A stretch of DNA of 60,855 bases, the filler included, from Sluysia triapertura (Eukaryota): the NCBI GenBank assembly GCA_046118255.1. It is 5 parts of 5 records of this genome, joined end to end, with 100 filler letters (N's around TTAATTAATTAA, not from the genome) between each part and the next. Parts side by side here need not be neighbours in the genome. Positions count along the whole stretch, not along the records: positions 26,760 to 38,204 come from JBJNIA010184690.1; positions 38,305 to 49,693 come from JBJNIA010185202.1; 3 more parts are not named here. One strand, 5' to 3'. How positions within the stretch are numbered: position 1 is the stretch's first letter; every line of letters starts with the position of its first letter. The notes under the pieces were generated by a model. The model was given only the letters and a program-made list of their open reading frames with translations, did no database searches and was not told where the DNA came from. Below are positions 26,832 to 40,276 of this stretch, one piece after another. Made by a program: the position numbers and the translations under genes.

Positions 26832-27489
26832 TTAATTATAAATATGTTTCCGTTTGTTTACATTCCTTTTTATGTTATCTCTCAAAATATTTTTACTTAA
26901 ATCGCCCAAGGATAAATCTGGGTTTTAATGTATAAATATTGTAAAATTTCCACATTTTTATTTCCATTTTCCCTTATTTTAAAGAACTACGTACACACGA
27001 TAGGCACTCCATTTTAATTTGTTCGATAGTAATATAAATGTGCTGATAACCTTTATACTTTAGGTAATGCAGTAATAATTCAAAATCGAATTAAATTAAG
27101 TTAGAATCTGCAAAACACATCAACTAAATTGCACAGGAAATACATGTTTGCTTGATTACAAATGCACAAATTTATATTATTTTAAATTATCTTGTCATGA
27201 AATTCAAATAAAATTGTTACTAAAATGTTGCCTATTATTGATTCAGATACATTTACTTGATTATTGATGTTGGTTCACTTAATGATTTAATACCTAATAA
27301 CAATGCTTATTTCGATTTTGAGACATTAATTTATTTCATTTAACTTTCCGCCTATTAGTTGAGTCCAACGAACCCGAGTTTAATTTTCGCATTAATTTTC
27401 TAGTAATATGTTACATGAAAATTGTTTTGATATCTGACTTTTGAAATAAATCTGTATAATGAAAAAATAAAATTCATTATTTTATAGGT

Positions 27490-27690
27490 CCAATGGACCC
27501 GCATTGTATGCAAAATATACATATTTTTGATAGGTGGAATGTTAATTGAATTTATAATTTTGTTAGCACGTTGAATGCCACATGGCTTCCCCATCTGGCC
27601 AAAATGAATTTCTCAATATATCTTTCTAATAATCTTGACCCCTATGGCATTCATCTTGTTAAATAACTTTTCCTTCATGTAATTCCTGCA
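27490..27690 (-). mobile_element. Possible LTR-retrotransposon integrase zinc-binding remnant
   Basis: CHRGQDY*KDILRNSFWP resembles H.G......L...FWP. Confidence 0.35.
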
Positions 27691-27991
27691 TTTAATCTAA
27701 TCAATAAAAATCAATACTTAATAAAATGTGAAATTATTAATTCCATTACATTATATAAATTAATTGTCATAATTTTCCAATATCATATTTCTATTATAAT
27801 CATATTTTCTGTGATATCTAATTTCTTTGTAACTGATTATATATAAAGACGAAGCTACAATAAATGATTATAGAGAAACAATTGTTATATTTTGTAACTT
27901 TTATCAACTAAATGTTTCTGACCACTTCTTATATTTCAAGTATAAAATTCTATTGAATGTACTTTACGTAATTTATATGAATTATTTTTAG

Positions 27992-30900
27992 ATCCAAGGT
28001 AACATTCGTGTTTTAACACAAGAACGTGATAGTATCAATGAAAAGTATTTGAAAGTTAGTTATGATTTGAGTGATTAACTAATTAGTTTTATGTATGTTT
28101 TTAATCATCCTTAATTAAGATGCACTAATAAGAAAAGAGGGATATATATTAGGATATTAGGATAGGAGACATTGCTGTTCGTATTTAAAAATTCAATTGT
28201 TCAAATTGAACAATATTTTAAAAATATTCATGTACATTTAAATTTCAATGATAAATTTGTTTTATTTTATCATTACTTATTGGTTTTAGATGTTTTATGA
28301 TAATATTCATATTCGACATTTTGTCTTTTTCGAGATCCGAAACCACTGAATGTTTAAATGACGTTTCAAATTAAGGAATAGAAGTACAATGAGACTATAT
28401 TGGGTATGGATGCTCTGAACGTATTCATTGAATCAAATCCAAGTCATTTAAATGCGACATTAAGGTTTCACATAATTTGTTAGTAGAGCAATGGAATAAA
28501 AAGTTTATCATTATGATAACAGAAAGTTTTATAAATTGACATGATCATTTTATTGTTTGCATGTTTGAAAATTATATATGTATGTATTTCTTATTATAAA
28601 TTGTCCATACAGTTATAAAATGAAATTCAATAACATTTTCATCTGGTACGAAGACAACCTTTAAATAAATGACTTTTTGACTTAGAAAAGTAGTAATCTA
28701 ATGGTATCAAGAACATGCTTGATAAGGCGCCATTTTAAGTTCATGTAATTCTTTCAGTAATTTCTGGGTAAAGTAAAAGTTTCACTGAAGCAATTCGTAA
28801 ATCTTTTACTTTATTGAGTAGTTTCCATAATTTTTAAGTTCTTGATAAACATGTTGCAAGGTTACAACTTATCGCAAGAATGTTTTTATAAACAATAACT
28901 AATCAAATAAATAATTTTGTGGAGTAATATTTATAATAATGTATTTGTCGCATCTCTATGATATAGAATATTTAGATTATTTCGTATCTGGGAATTACTT
29001 GGTGCTTAAGTGTTAATATAAATTATTAAAATAGATGAAGCATTTATCCCAACTTTTCTTATTTGTAGAAATTTACTTCTTAATATACATTTATCGTATA
29101 AAATGTAAAAATTGAATCATATTTTAATTACACAGAGTCAAGAAGAGTTACACGAAGTTCGTACAAATTTATTGGATTTTCAGTCTCGTCTAGAGAGTCA
29201 GCAAGGTCAGCGTACTACACCAACTCAAACACGTGCTTTGTTACATCGTTTGGAAGCAGAATCCAAACAATCCATGGCTGATCTACATCGCATGACAACA
29301 GAAAGGGATAGTTTACGAGAACAATTGCACACTTGTCGAGAATTAGGATTGAACGAAAAAGCGCAGATGTCACAACGTGTCGATGAAGCCGAATCAGAAT
29401 TATCGAAATTAGTAAATCAAATAGACAAATGGCGTACACGGGTTAATGATTTGGAACAAGATGCGTACGTGAAAGAAGTTCGATTGAATGATATGGAACG
29501 AATAGTAGAAGAAGCAAGGCAAGAAACAACAAAATATCGCGATAAATTCAATATTGTGACAGATAAAGAAAAAGATTTAAATCAACAAAACCGTCACCTG
29601 GAATCAGAAGTGTTAGAATTGCAACGAGATTCACAATCTAAACAACAAATCATAGAGGTAATTCTTTGTCTATACTAGTGTAGTACTATCTTATACTTCT
29701 CAATATGTGGTCAAGATTGCTCTGTTATATTATTGAAATCAAAAGTAGAGATCTTTAACGAATAAATATTGATGAGATTGAATATGTTTGATTAAATAAA
29801 AGTCTCAATTACTATCAAAGTGAATGCAGTATTTGTTGTTAATCTATTTTTAAACCGTATGAGACGTTAAATAGTTATTAAATGATAATTTTAGATTTAT
29901 ATATGTTTTATTTATTAAGAACATACTGTCTCGGTATTTTAAATTATTTTGATGCAATTATAAAATTATACATATTATGTATATTGTATTAATAATGTAA
30001 TTGTAGTAATAAACAGTCTTAAATTATACTTTTTATTGAAGCACCCGACCATTTCTATTAAGTTAGCAGCCGTCAAGTTGACCGCGTACGATCAGTATAA
30101 ACCAAAAATAAACACAATATCAATGTTATAATTTCCCAGCGAAATATTACTATATTCATTCTATATTTATACTATATTTATTCTAGGTTTCATTCATTTT
30201 TATCTATTTTTAAAAAACCGATTGGTACTCTCTGATTTAACTGTTTGTTTTAATTTTACCGATGTTTCCAAGGATCTGCTGTAACACATAGAACTAATGC
30301 TGGGGTTTTATTTTATCTTAAAAAACTACCTTACAGAAAAATAAAAATTAATATTCGAGTTCGCTTACGGTATACGACTTACCAATGGCTTATCTGTAAG
30401 TAACGTGAAAGTATGCTTAAAGAATAACGATATAATAATACTTTTGCTTCATTGTGTATTAGAAAACTCCTATGAAATGCTATTAGACATATCGTGAATA
30501 AATTATATGCTAAAACATAATAACAACAGTGACCAACGTGTTCCCTTATAAAACTCGTTTATATCGAAACTTTCTAACGGAGTAATAATATAAAAATATT
30601 TAAGTTGAAATTTTATGTTATCTACTTTATCACAAGATGTAACGAATTATCTTTAAATGCATGTATGATCTACTAGGATAATATTAAAGCTAACTTTATA
30701 TTGTAATCTTACGTTATTTACTTTAAAAAATGGTCAGATATCGTTAAATATAAATTCGAGTAATTCAAATTTTAATATTACATTAAAAACAACAAATATT
30801 ACGTAAACTGTATTATATAAAACTTAAAAAACACTAAATACACAAATATAATTTATATCAAAATTATAATATAAATAATGATAATAACAATAATTTATTT

Positions 30901-31951
30901 TTCAGTAGAATAGCCTAGCCCAAGGAATCGGTCAAGTTGGTGATATTTTGTAATTGGCCTCAATGACCAACTAAAATAAAATGAATTTAGAATTTAATGA
31001 TATTTTCTTATTGATCTTAAGGACCAAAAAAATTGGATAGTTTAAGTAGATTTTTTAACTCTTAAGAGTTTGCAAACACTTATATAAATTAAACTTACTA
31101 ATTAATTACAAAATGTAATATTCGATTTTTACAATTGTCGGGAATATCTTCGTAGAAGTATACTAATGCGAACAGTTTAAACCAAGTTGTGTAAAATGTA
31201 ATAGTATTTTCAACTTGTCTATCACTTGTGAATCGACTAATTTTCAGTACCGTAGAATAAAATGGCGAAAACAACTTGTCTCGATTGATCTTTGTATCAT
31301 AAAATTGTTTGACCAACTTGTATACGTTCTTTGTAAAATCACTTCTATTTACATACTGTTAGAAACCATATTAAAAATTTAATTGATAAAAACAACCTGT
31401 TCTAGAATGATCTGTTTTTTTGTAAATTGAAATAATTAAATTTTATTTATAATTTTTAATCCATTTATAATTATAATTTTTTAAATAATAATTTTTTATG
31501 ATATTTATAATTTTTTAATAAATACATATAAGATAAATATAAATAAATACAACTTTTCCATAAATAAAAATGTTATTTTACAACCTTACACTAATAATAA
31601 AGAAAAAAATTTTTGTAGGATCAAAAATACGAAATTTCCAAATTACAAAGTATAATTTCTGAAATGGATCAAGAAAAAGATCAATTAAGCGAACAATTAG
31701 ATCGACAAACTGAACAAACTCAAATGTGCCAAGAACAATTACAAACTAAACAAAGCAGTTTAGATGAAGTACGCGCTCAAATGTCGGCATTAGATGGTCA
31801 ATTGCGAAGACTGCAACAATCAAATTATGATCGTGATCAGGAGATGCGTGCTACTATTTTACAAAATGAACAACTTGAGCAGGAAATGCGACGATTGACT
31901 AGTGTTTGTGATGAACAAAATGTCGAATTAGCTTCCTTAGATGTTAGACAT

Positions 31952-32010
<59 letters not shown>

Positions 32011-35000
32011 CAAAATAATTTATTATCTATATAAATACAGGAAAAATATTCTCAGTCATGTCGAGACAACAAAAAACTAGAATCTGAATTGCGAGATACA
32101 AAGCGTCATATAGATGAGTTACAAGATGAATCGACAAAAATGACAAGGAAATTGGAGCAAGCACAAAAATATAATGAAAATCAAAATGAACAGAATAATG
32201 AACTTTTAGAACAATATCGGTTAGTATAAATATATGAATTTATTTTTGATTAATGTTCTCCAATATATTGCTTTTTGCGTTGCATATTTTTTAAAGATAT
32301 CTTTGTCATTACGCTCTAAACTTATATCATTGACCATTTCAGGACGGGTGTTTTCTAAAAATCAATTTTTTTGCAAGTAATCAATTTCTATTCATCGAAA
32401 AGCTTTTTCGTATGAGATATAGTGAGAAACAGTCGGACAAACATAACCCAACATTACAGTCATTCGCATATATCTTTTTTTCCTTTTTATTTCAATTGTA
32501 TACAATACAAACTTTTTGAAGTTTTTGCTAAGGCCAGATACAGGAATGCATGATGGAAACTTTCCACCACTCAACATAAAATGTCTTCCTCTCAATATTT
32601 CTCTTTGGCAGCCAAACTTAGTTCTGAATTTCGTATGCATTGATGAAAGAAAGATCCAGATTGGAGAATAAAGTTTTCAATACTATTTGACTGTTTTTCT
32701 AATTTTTCTTTTTCGTGCAAAACAGTTTATACTTCTAGGGAATGCAACATGTTTTAGTATCACATGAAAGCTCTTGTTATTATCTTTAATTTGATATAAA
32801 GATCTCAGAAAACGTCCTATCGGTTAACGAATCATCAGACATCCAGTCCTGAAAGGGTTAAAAAATTTATTACTATATCTCATAAATTATACAAGTTCTT
32901 AGTAATTGAACTTAGTAATTGCTCTTATCTGAGTAATATTGTTTATAGTAGTCTTACTCATTGTTTTACAAATATATCCGCATATATTGATTAATTATTA
33001 TTTAATGTATTAATATAAAAATGAATAAAAGGTACTACTTTTAGTTTTTGGTTTCGTTATACATTTTATTATAACAAATTACACTGACTTGTTTGGTATA
33101 GATCATCACAGGTGAACATTTCCTTTATTAAGTCCTTGGTTATGGGTTTATTTCAAACTTCATACATAATATTAATATTTCAATACTAATGAAATACTGA
33201 AATATTTAACTGTGAAGATTTATATCTAATGTGTATCAAAATTTGAATTGCTTAATGCTTACTAACATTTATTATGAAATAAATTAAAACCGTACTCCGT
33301 TTTACAATGATTAACAATGTTTACAAATATCTCTTGAATTCTTTTCTACTGTCTCTTTTCCTACACCACGAACAGTGCCAATTCTGTAACAGCTGCCTTG
33401 GTAGAAATAAACACAAAAAATTAAAGAAGATTTAATAAACAAAAATACTACATATAATTCTTGCCACTATTTTATTAACCCTCTCGAGCTTACTTCGTCC
33501 CAACTTTAGAAAAATAATGCATTTTATTTATTTATTTCCTTACATATTTACTTGAAAATAATAAACGTAAAATTTTATCTGATTATTTCTGTTAGTCTTT
33601 CTTTGATGTTTGTTTAAAATCCTACATTAACTTTATGAATATCCGAAAATAGAAAGTTTAATAAGTTGTGTTTGTATAATTTTAGTCAAATGAACTTGGA
33701 TTATGATCGATGCCAAGTACAAATAGAAAAACAAATCAATCAAATAAAAGAATTGGAAATTGAAGTGGAATCACGAGAAAAAGTTGTTACGAAATTACGT
33801 GAACAATTATTGTCTACAGAAAACGAAATAGCTGCTTTACAAAACGGGCTTCTTAATGCAGAAACGCAGGTTTTATTTATTATTTTGTTAAGTAATTATT
33901 ATCTTCTAAGTAATATTTATAGATTGATTTGCTACAATTTTTCATACTTTTTCACACAATTCCAATATCAAAAATAACGGTTTTGCATTGTTCTTTTACA
34001 GAGTATTAATGCTTTCGTATTCTGCTATAATTTTCAATGTTGAACTGTATTTTTTGGAAATAGTTTTGCTACTTCCTCCGAATTTGATTTCACGAGCCTG
34101 ATACGTGATTGTAGTGTATGAGAGCCTCATTATTTTCATACAGCTCTTGAAAATAATCAAAAATCGACTCCAACTGAATAATCAGTTACGTCGTACAGTT
34201 CCTATATTAAAGCGAATTGATATTTTATGTAGTTTCTTATTTGTTTATATTTCGTGATTTACCTGCGACTAATTCTTGTGCGTAACATGCATTAGAAATC
34301 GTTTCGGAGCACTTTTGTAACACTTAATTTCACGAAATACATTCGATTATATTCATTATGTGAAAATTTTTATTAACAGAAAATATTTTGTGAATATAAT
34401 TTAGATATTAATTTTACCACTAAATTTTCTATAAATTATATTTCAACCAAAATAGTAACTATTTAAATAGTAAATATTGTTTAAATACAGTGTCTTATAG
34501 GTCCCTCTGCGACATCAAAACTGTTGGGAATTTTTATTTTTCAAAGGAAACAACAAAAACAATACAACACATTCATAAGCAGTAGTCAAACATTTATTAC
34601 AATTTTCAAGTGCTTTTCTATTGGTTATAATGTAGCGCTGTAGCAGGCTCATATTCAAGAAAATGACGATTATTGAATGAAAACGTTATTACTGTTGTTG
34701 GAAAAATATGTTCGAACGTTAATATTGATTCTCTTTTGGAATGATAATTGACATGACAATTTAAAAAATATACAAATAAAGGAAATTTTTGAGCACAAGC
34801 TTTAAGAAATTGAACGAATTATTAAAAACAATAGTTTGTTAGGTTGCATAATATAATAATAATAGTAAAGGTAGCAGTAATAAAGTAGATTGATTTGTTA
34901 ATAAATTTATATTATGGAATCTTAATGACTATTATAAAGAAGTAGAATAAAATGCGAAAATGTATCATTATAGAGTAAAAATGCCCGAATGGTGCGATTA

Positions 35001-36919
35001 ATTGTGCACAAAATTGATCTGGAAAAAATTATTACAAGAAATATCCAAGTGAATTTTTGGCTGTAGTAGGGTATCCACGAAAAAATACCATTTAAGTAGA
35101 TGCCTTTTGGAAAGAGCCACATAGATACCTGCCAAGAAAATATAAAAATAATTATACACAAGTATAAAAATATTTAGGATCAAATCAATAATTTAGTTGT
35201 TTATTTGACATTCGTTTGTTTGATTCCACCGTTAGAGAATAGTTATAATTTAAAGTACTATATTTATATTTATATTTACATATTTATATTTAAATTTAAA
35301 GTATCGAGTAAGTTTAAATATATTAATTAAGTTTGAATAATTTTAAGAGAATTAAAGTAATGGTTTTATCACGAATCATTTTAAGGCGAGTAAGTATTAA
35401 TTATTTTACGAGATTCGAATAATTGAAGTACTTAGCCATTAATACACAATCTCTTAAGAATTGTTAATTCGACAGAAAGCAGTTTTCATTTTAACATATA
35501 AAATATTATTAATGGAAAATTTATATTCAGAGAAAAGTAAAAAGTCCATTAAAATTAAAACTTGGATTATTTGTAAAAAAATTAAAAAGTTATATGATTC
35601 TTTGTATTATGTTTTACAGAATTTGTATATGCTTGTATGAATTCTTAGTCTCTGGTAATTATCCAAACTTTAATAATGTTCTCACTTTATATTACTACAT
35701 GAATTTAACTAAAGGTACAATCTTTTATTAATGCAAATTGTCTCTATTAATTAACTCTGCAAGAGATATCTCTACTTTGTCTATTATATTTGCCTTATCT
35801 GGAAGTGTGAACTCGAATACTCGTCTCAGTTACTCGAGATGGGAATGCTTATTAATTAACTAATTGCTCAATTAAATTTATATTCTTTATTTGAACCTTA
35901 ATTTATTTTATATATCTACGCTTCAAGATGCAATATCTTATTCGATTATTTTAAAAGAATACTTTTATTTTATAATTCTCTACTCTGTCCACCATCTCTG
36001 GCACCAATCCCGAGTTATTAACATATTAAGCTATAAAGTTTAGGAAAAATAAATTTTTACAGACCCTCACTTAAGGTCTATACCTAAATAACTCATTGGT
36101 TGTACAAGTTGTAAACATATCCATGTTCACTCATACATCCCTGATTACAACCCACACTCAGTTTAAATTAAAATAATTTTACAGGTAAGGTTTGCAAAAT
36201 AAAAAAGCAGAAGATTGTAATATAAATATAGTATAAGTATAAATATGTAAGAATGTAAATTTATTTATCCTTTTCTGTTGAATAACAATTAACAATATAT
36301 TAACACTTAAGCGTCCGCAAATTTATTTTGCCGCTATGCGAAATATTTTACGAATTTTATAAATTTAACTTGTTAAGAAAAGTCAGTGTAAATTTATGAA
36401 ATAATGGCTTAATCAAAATGTAGGCATAACTAGGGTACCGTGTTACAGAGTGCAAAATACATGGCCGGTGGTTAAGCGACAGTAATATAACATACATTAA
36501 TGTACGGCCGGATCTTTAGGTGTTAATTTACATAGAGTCAATACATAAGATAGAAATACATTTAAAATAACCAAATAACTTCGCTTATTTTCATTAAGAT
36601 ACACAACTTAAATTGTGCCATGGATAACAATCACCAAGTTATTGAGATTCAGAAGCGTGAAAAGAAAGAAATATTACAAGAACTTGCAGCTATGCGTGAT
36701 CTTTGTACTCGTCTAGAGTCTAGTAAAGAACAATTTCAACAGCAAGTATCTTCTCGTTTGTTAGAAGTAGAACATTTACGAGCTGAGAATGCAGAATTGG
36801 TTCGCGAATTGGAATTTGCCAAACGTGAATTAGAATCTGTACAAGATTCTCTTCATAATATGGAAACAGTGGTCAGTATGGGTCGAGATAAAGAATACAG
36901 AACGCAAATGGATTATCAG
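27992..36919 (+). CDS. CEP135: CEP135/Bld10 (TSGA10 family) centriolar coiled-coil protein; internal exons 27992-28054, 29136-29657, 31619-31942, 32041-32219, 33686-33869, 36599-36919
   Basis: IQGNIRVLTQERD and ALLHRLEAE...ADLHRMTTERDSLREQL...NEKAQMSQRV match the CEP135 conserved block. Exons join in frame via GT-AG. Both ends are missing. Confidence 0.85.
30290..30415 (+). repeat. Structured motif H, copy 4, with conserved flanks
   Basis: Aligns with 38058-38175 from TAATGCTGGG to ACGTGAAAG. Confidence 0.7.
32334..32857. mobile_element. piggyBac-type MITE
   Basis: TIRs CCMTTTCAGGAC.GG.TG, flanked by TTGA and TTAA. Confidence 0.75.
36304..36522. mobile_element. TTAA-flanked MITE (piggyBac-like)
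   Basis: TTAA on both sides; imperfect TIR CACTTAAGCGTCCG / CACCTAAAGATCCG. Confidence 0.5.
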
Positions 36920-38057
36920 GTAATATTCATTAATGTTTTATGATGATGGTGGTGGTGATAATGAAATAATGATTGAAATAATTCATTTAAGTATTTTTTA
37001 AAGAAATTTCCAAATAAATTTTCACAATAATCTTTGCAACACTTTTTGTTGATTTTGGTCTCTAAACCAACCGTTCATCGTCTTTTTGATACATTTAAAA
37101 CATACGAGATTTTGCAAAAGTAAGGCTAATAACAAAAATTCACCAATGCATAAAAAATTTTATTTTAGAAATGTGATGAATATGTCGATACTTTTAAAAG
37201 TACTCCTTTCTCTCAAGAGGAATAAAATTGACATTTTGGCGTCGTGATTTTTAGTTTCAAAGAGAAATCAATACTGATTAAGATTTATTTACGATAATTG
37301 ACATAAAACATTTCTTAACTGAAATAAATGAATTATAAAATTTACACAAAGGAAATTCACACGTAATTAATGCAATTTTTGCCATGTAATTTCTTAGTAG
37401 ACAATTGTATAAGATAGAATTTTACACAAGAAAAAATAATAATTGGGATGTGATATGTTAAAATTTTATTGACATATATTAGTTAAAGTAGTCAAAAATA
37501 CTAACGAGCATTTTTGGAATTGTGAAAAACATCTTAGAGAATTGTTTTCTCTAATATTATTTTTTTAGCCGTAAATAATTCGACTTTTCTCTATAATTAT
37601 TTCTATTTTAATGGATAATTCTACATTAAATACATAGAATTATACTACTAATTTATAAAAGGATTTTTTATTATTATAGATTACTTAATATATAGAATGA
37701 ATTCTTATTATAGAATATAGAATAATACTACTAATTTTAATGAATTGTTTGAATTGTACAGTTCATTTTATTTATTAATTATTATTATCATTATTATTAT
37801 TATTATGGCCATTATTACTCATTTTGCTCCTACATAAGCAAATAATACAAATTGAATAAAAATTAATGTAATTTAAATGTTACTTGTTATTTGTGTAATT
37901 AAATTAATTATATTTAATTATATTTTATATGATTTAATATTATTTAACACTCTGCAATCTTCTAGAATGTTATTGATTAACTCTGCGATTATCCTCAATT
38001 GTTTTAATTTTTTTGCAATTAATAAACATATTGAACTAAAGTTTTAAAACTTTTTTA

Positions 38058-38175
38058 TAATGCTGGGTGTTTTTCTTAACCTAAAAACCTAACCTATAGC
38101 AAAATAATTAATTATTATGAGTCCGTCTACAGTATACGACTTACTAATGGCGTACCTGTAAAATTACGTGAAAGC
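38058..38175 (+). repeat. Structured motif H, copy 5, with conserved flanks
   Basis: TGAGTC-cgtc-TACAG-tatac-GACTTAC...CTGTA. Confidence 0.7.
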
Positions 38176-38204
38176 AATTATCAAAATTAACTGTATAAAA
38201 AGAT

Positions 38205-38304
38205 NNNNNNNNNNNNNNNNNNNNNNNNNNNNNNNNNNNNNNNNNNNNTTAATTAATTAANNNNNNNNNNNNNNNNNNNNNNNNNNNNNNNNNNNNNNNN
38301 NNNN
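38205..38304. other. Artificial contig spacer
   Basis: Same linker. CEP135 does not continue; the METTL16 last exon follows. Confidence 0.97.
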
Positions 38305-38377
<73 letters not shown>

Positions 38378-39107
38378 TAAAGATTACAATATGATAAATG
38401 TTAATGAAGCTATTACTATTGTTTGTGAAAAGGAGTTATTCTATTATTTCATTTATTTTTATTATTTGTTTCGGTAAATGCAGCATATTCTGTTATAAAA
38501 TTAAATATTATATATTTGATCGTAATACACATACGAGTATATCAGGTTTATTGTCATTTTATACATATCAGATGGGTTTATATATGTTGTGTTTTATTTC
38601 TTGTCAGCAATAAAACATATGTGGAAATCCTCTGTAAAGTAAACACAACAAAATTCAAAAAAATATAACAGTTAATTGGATAACCCTTTCGCTGCTCTAC
38701 ACGTATATATTCGCAAAAATGATGTCTCACACGCTCCAATCGAGTATTTTCGCATCATGTTTTAAAATGGTTTCATGCTCAACGCGACTATTTAGGCCAT
38801 ATAGTGCATACGGATGGAAATCTACGAGCGTATGCTGCTCTGGTATTTGATATTTGTTGGCTTAACCATGCAAACTTTCAAAACGTGTTGCGCTTAACTC
38901 ATAGTTTGTTTATTTTAATTGTATAACAAAACATTTCCATTTCTGACTAAACGAGAGTCGGTCCAAAGTACTCAGAGTAAGGTAAAACTTTCTCATTAAA
39001 ATTAAAAAGTTGTATAAATTATCTTACATGATGAATATTTAGTTGATTGATGTTATTCATCATTCTGTATACTTTTACTTACGAGTTTTTGTAATTAATG
39101 TTTAAAG

Positions 39108-39181
39108 CAGTGTTCTTCAAAAGGGCGGCGCGAAAAAAATTTGGATAGTGGGTCTCATTACAAAAAATGTGAAGACCATTT
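39108..39181. mobile_element. 74-bp hAT (Charlie-like) MITE
   Basis: CAGTGTTCTTCA...TGAAGACCATTT ends; perfect 8-bp target duplication GTTTAAAG. Confidence 0.75.
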
Positions 39182-39593
39182 GTTTAAAGAAGCCTACTAC
39201 AAATAGGTTAAGGGATGCATTATTTGATTCAGTTGGGGTTTCCTTTCAAATATAAATGAAATATACCTTGATTAATGCAAAAATATTAAAAAATAAATTC
39301 GCGTTTTGCTAGTGAACAGAACGAGATTGGAAACTAAGTATTTTTAATCGGTATTTTTACGTAAATTTAACATTGTAAGCTCTATTAATATAATTGTAAT
39401 ATTGGTTTATCTACTCATAAAGAAATAGATCATCGATCAAGTTACATTAAATAAAAGATACGCTTTTTATTGTTAATAAATGTGTATTTAAATTAAAAAT
39501 TAACCTTTGTCTTACAATATTTTGTTGCTTTTCAGTAATTTTTGAAATACAATTTTTAATAAGTTAAACCTTGAAATTCATGAAATTATGTTT

Positions 39594-39744
39594 GGGTACA
39601 GGCCTAAAGTGTCATTTAGAATAATGATAGTATAATTGACTATAATAAAATAAAATCGTTAGACGGGGCTGACAGCTCAGTGGTCAGAGCGCGAACTGCA
39701 CAGCTGTGAAGTAAGAGGGCCCGGGTTCGAATCACGGTCATCCC
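39594..39744 (+). repeat. tRNA-derived repeat, copy 3 (tRNA part 39665-39744)
   Basis: Same family with the same ~70-nt 5' flank; longer anticodon region. Confidence 0.8.
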
Positions 39745-39825
39745 GACAATATAATAGAAGTATGGAGTCTTCAAAATTCTTTATTAGGGTTATTGCCAAA
39801 ATCTACAATAAATATTTATTTGTAG

Positions 39826-40276
39826 ATACATTGATCAACAAACTAAACAAAGTCAAGGTGGAGGTATTCATCTCTTAGCAACAGCAACTCATGATACCTG
39901 GAGTTACAGTAGACGAACTAAGCGACGAGAAAAACAATTACAGCATAAGCAGCAGAATCGAGATAATGAGCAACATTTAAATGAACCGGTATGTAAAAAA
40001 GCCAGAATATGTGAAGAAGAAGCTGCCATGTTGAGTCTGGAAGAAGGATCATGTGCCAGTGATGAGCATGGTGGTTTATGCCATGTTGTGTTCACTGTTC
40101 AAGCAGGCTTAGTAGATAATGCTGACAGCAGCAAATCTTCAGATGCACAGGGTGCTGAAAGTAACAACAATTCAAGCAAATTACAACTGCAAGTGCAAAT
40201 CAATAATATCGACGGTACTGAGAGAGAAAAAGTTAATCAGATTTTAACGTTTATCAAAAATTATTTGTCGAAATAA
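39826..40276 (+). CDS. METTL16: METTL16 (U6/MAT2A m6A methyltransferase) terminal exon with split VCR/KA1-like region
   Basis: tgtag acceptor. LLATATHDTWSYSRRTKRREKQ resembles VCR1 (LTAIENSWIHLRRKKRER), and IDGTEREKVNQILTFIKNYL* resembles VCR2 (VEGQNRDLMNQLCTYIRN). Confidence 0.75.
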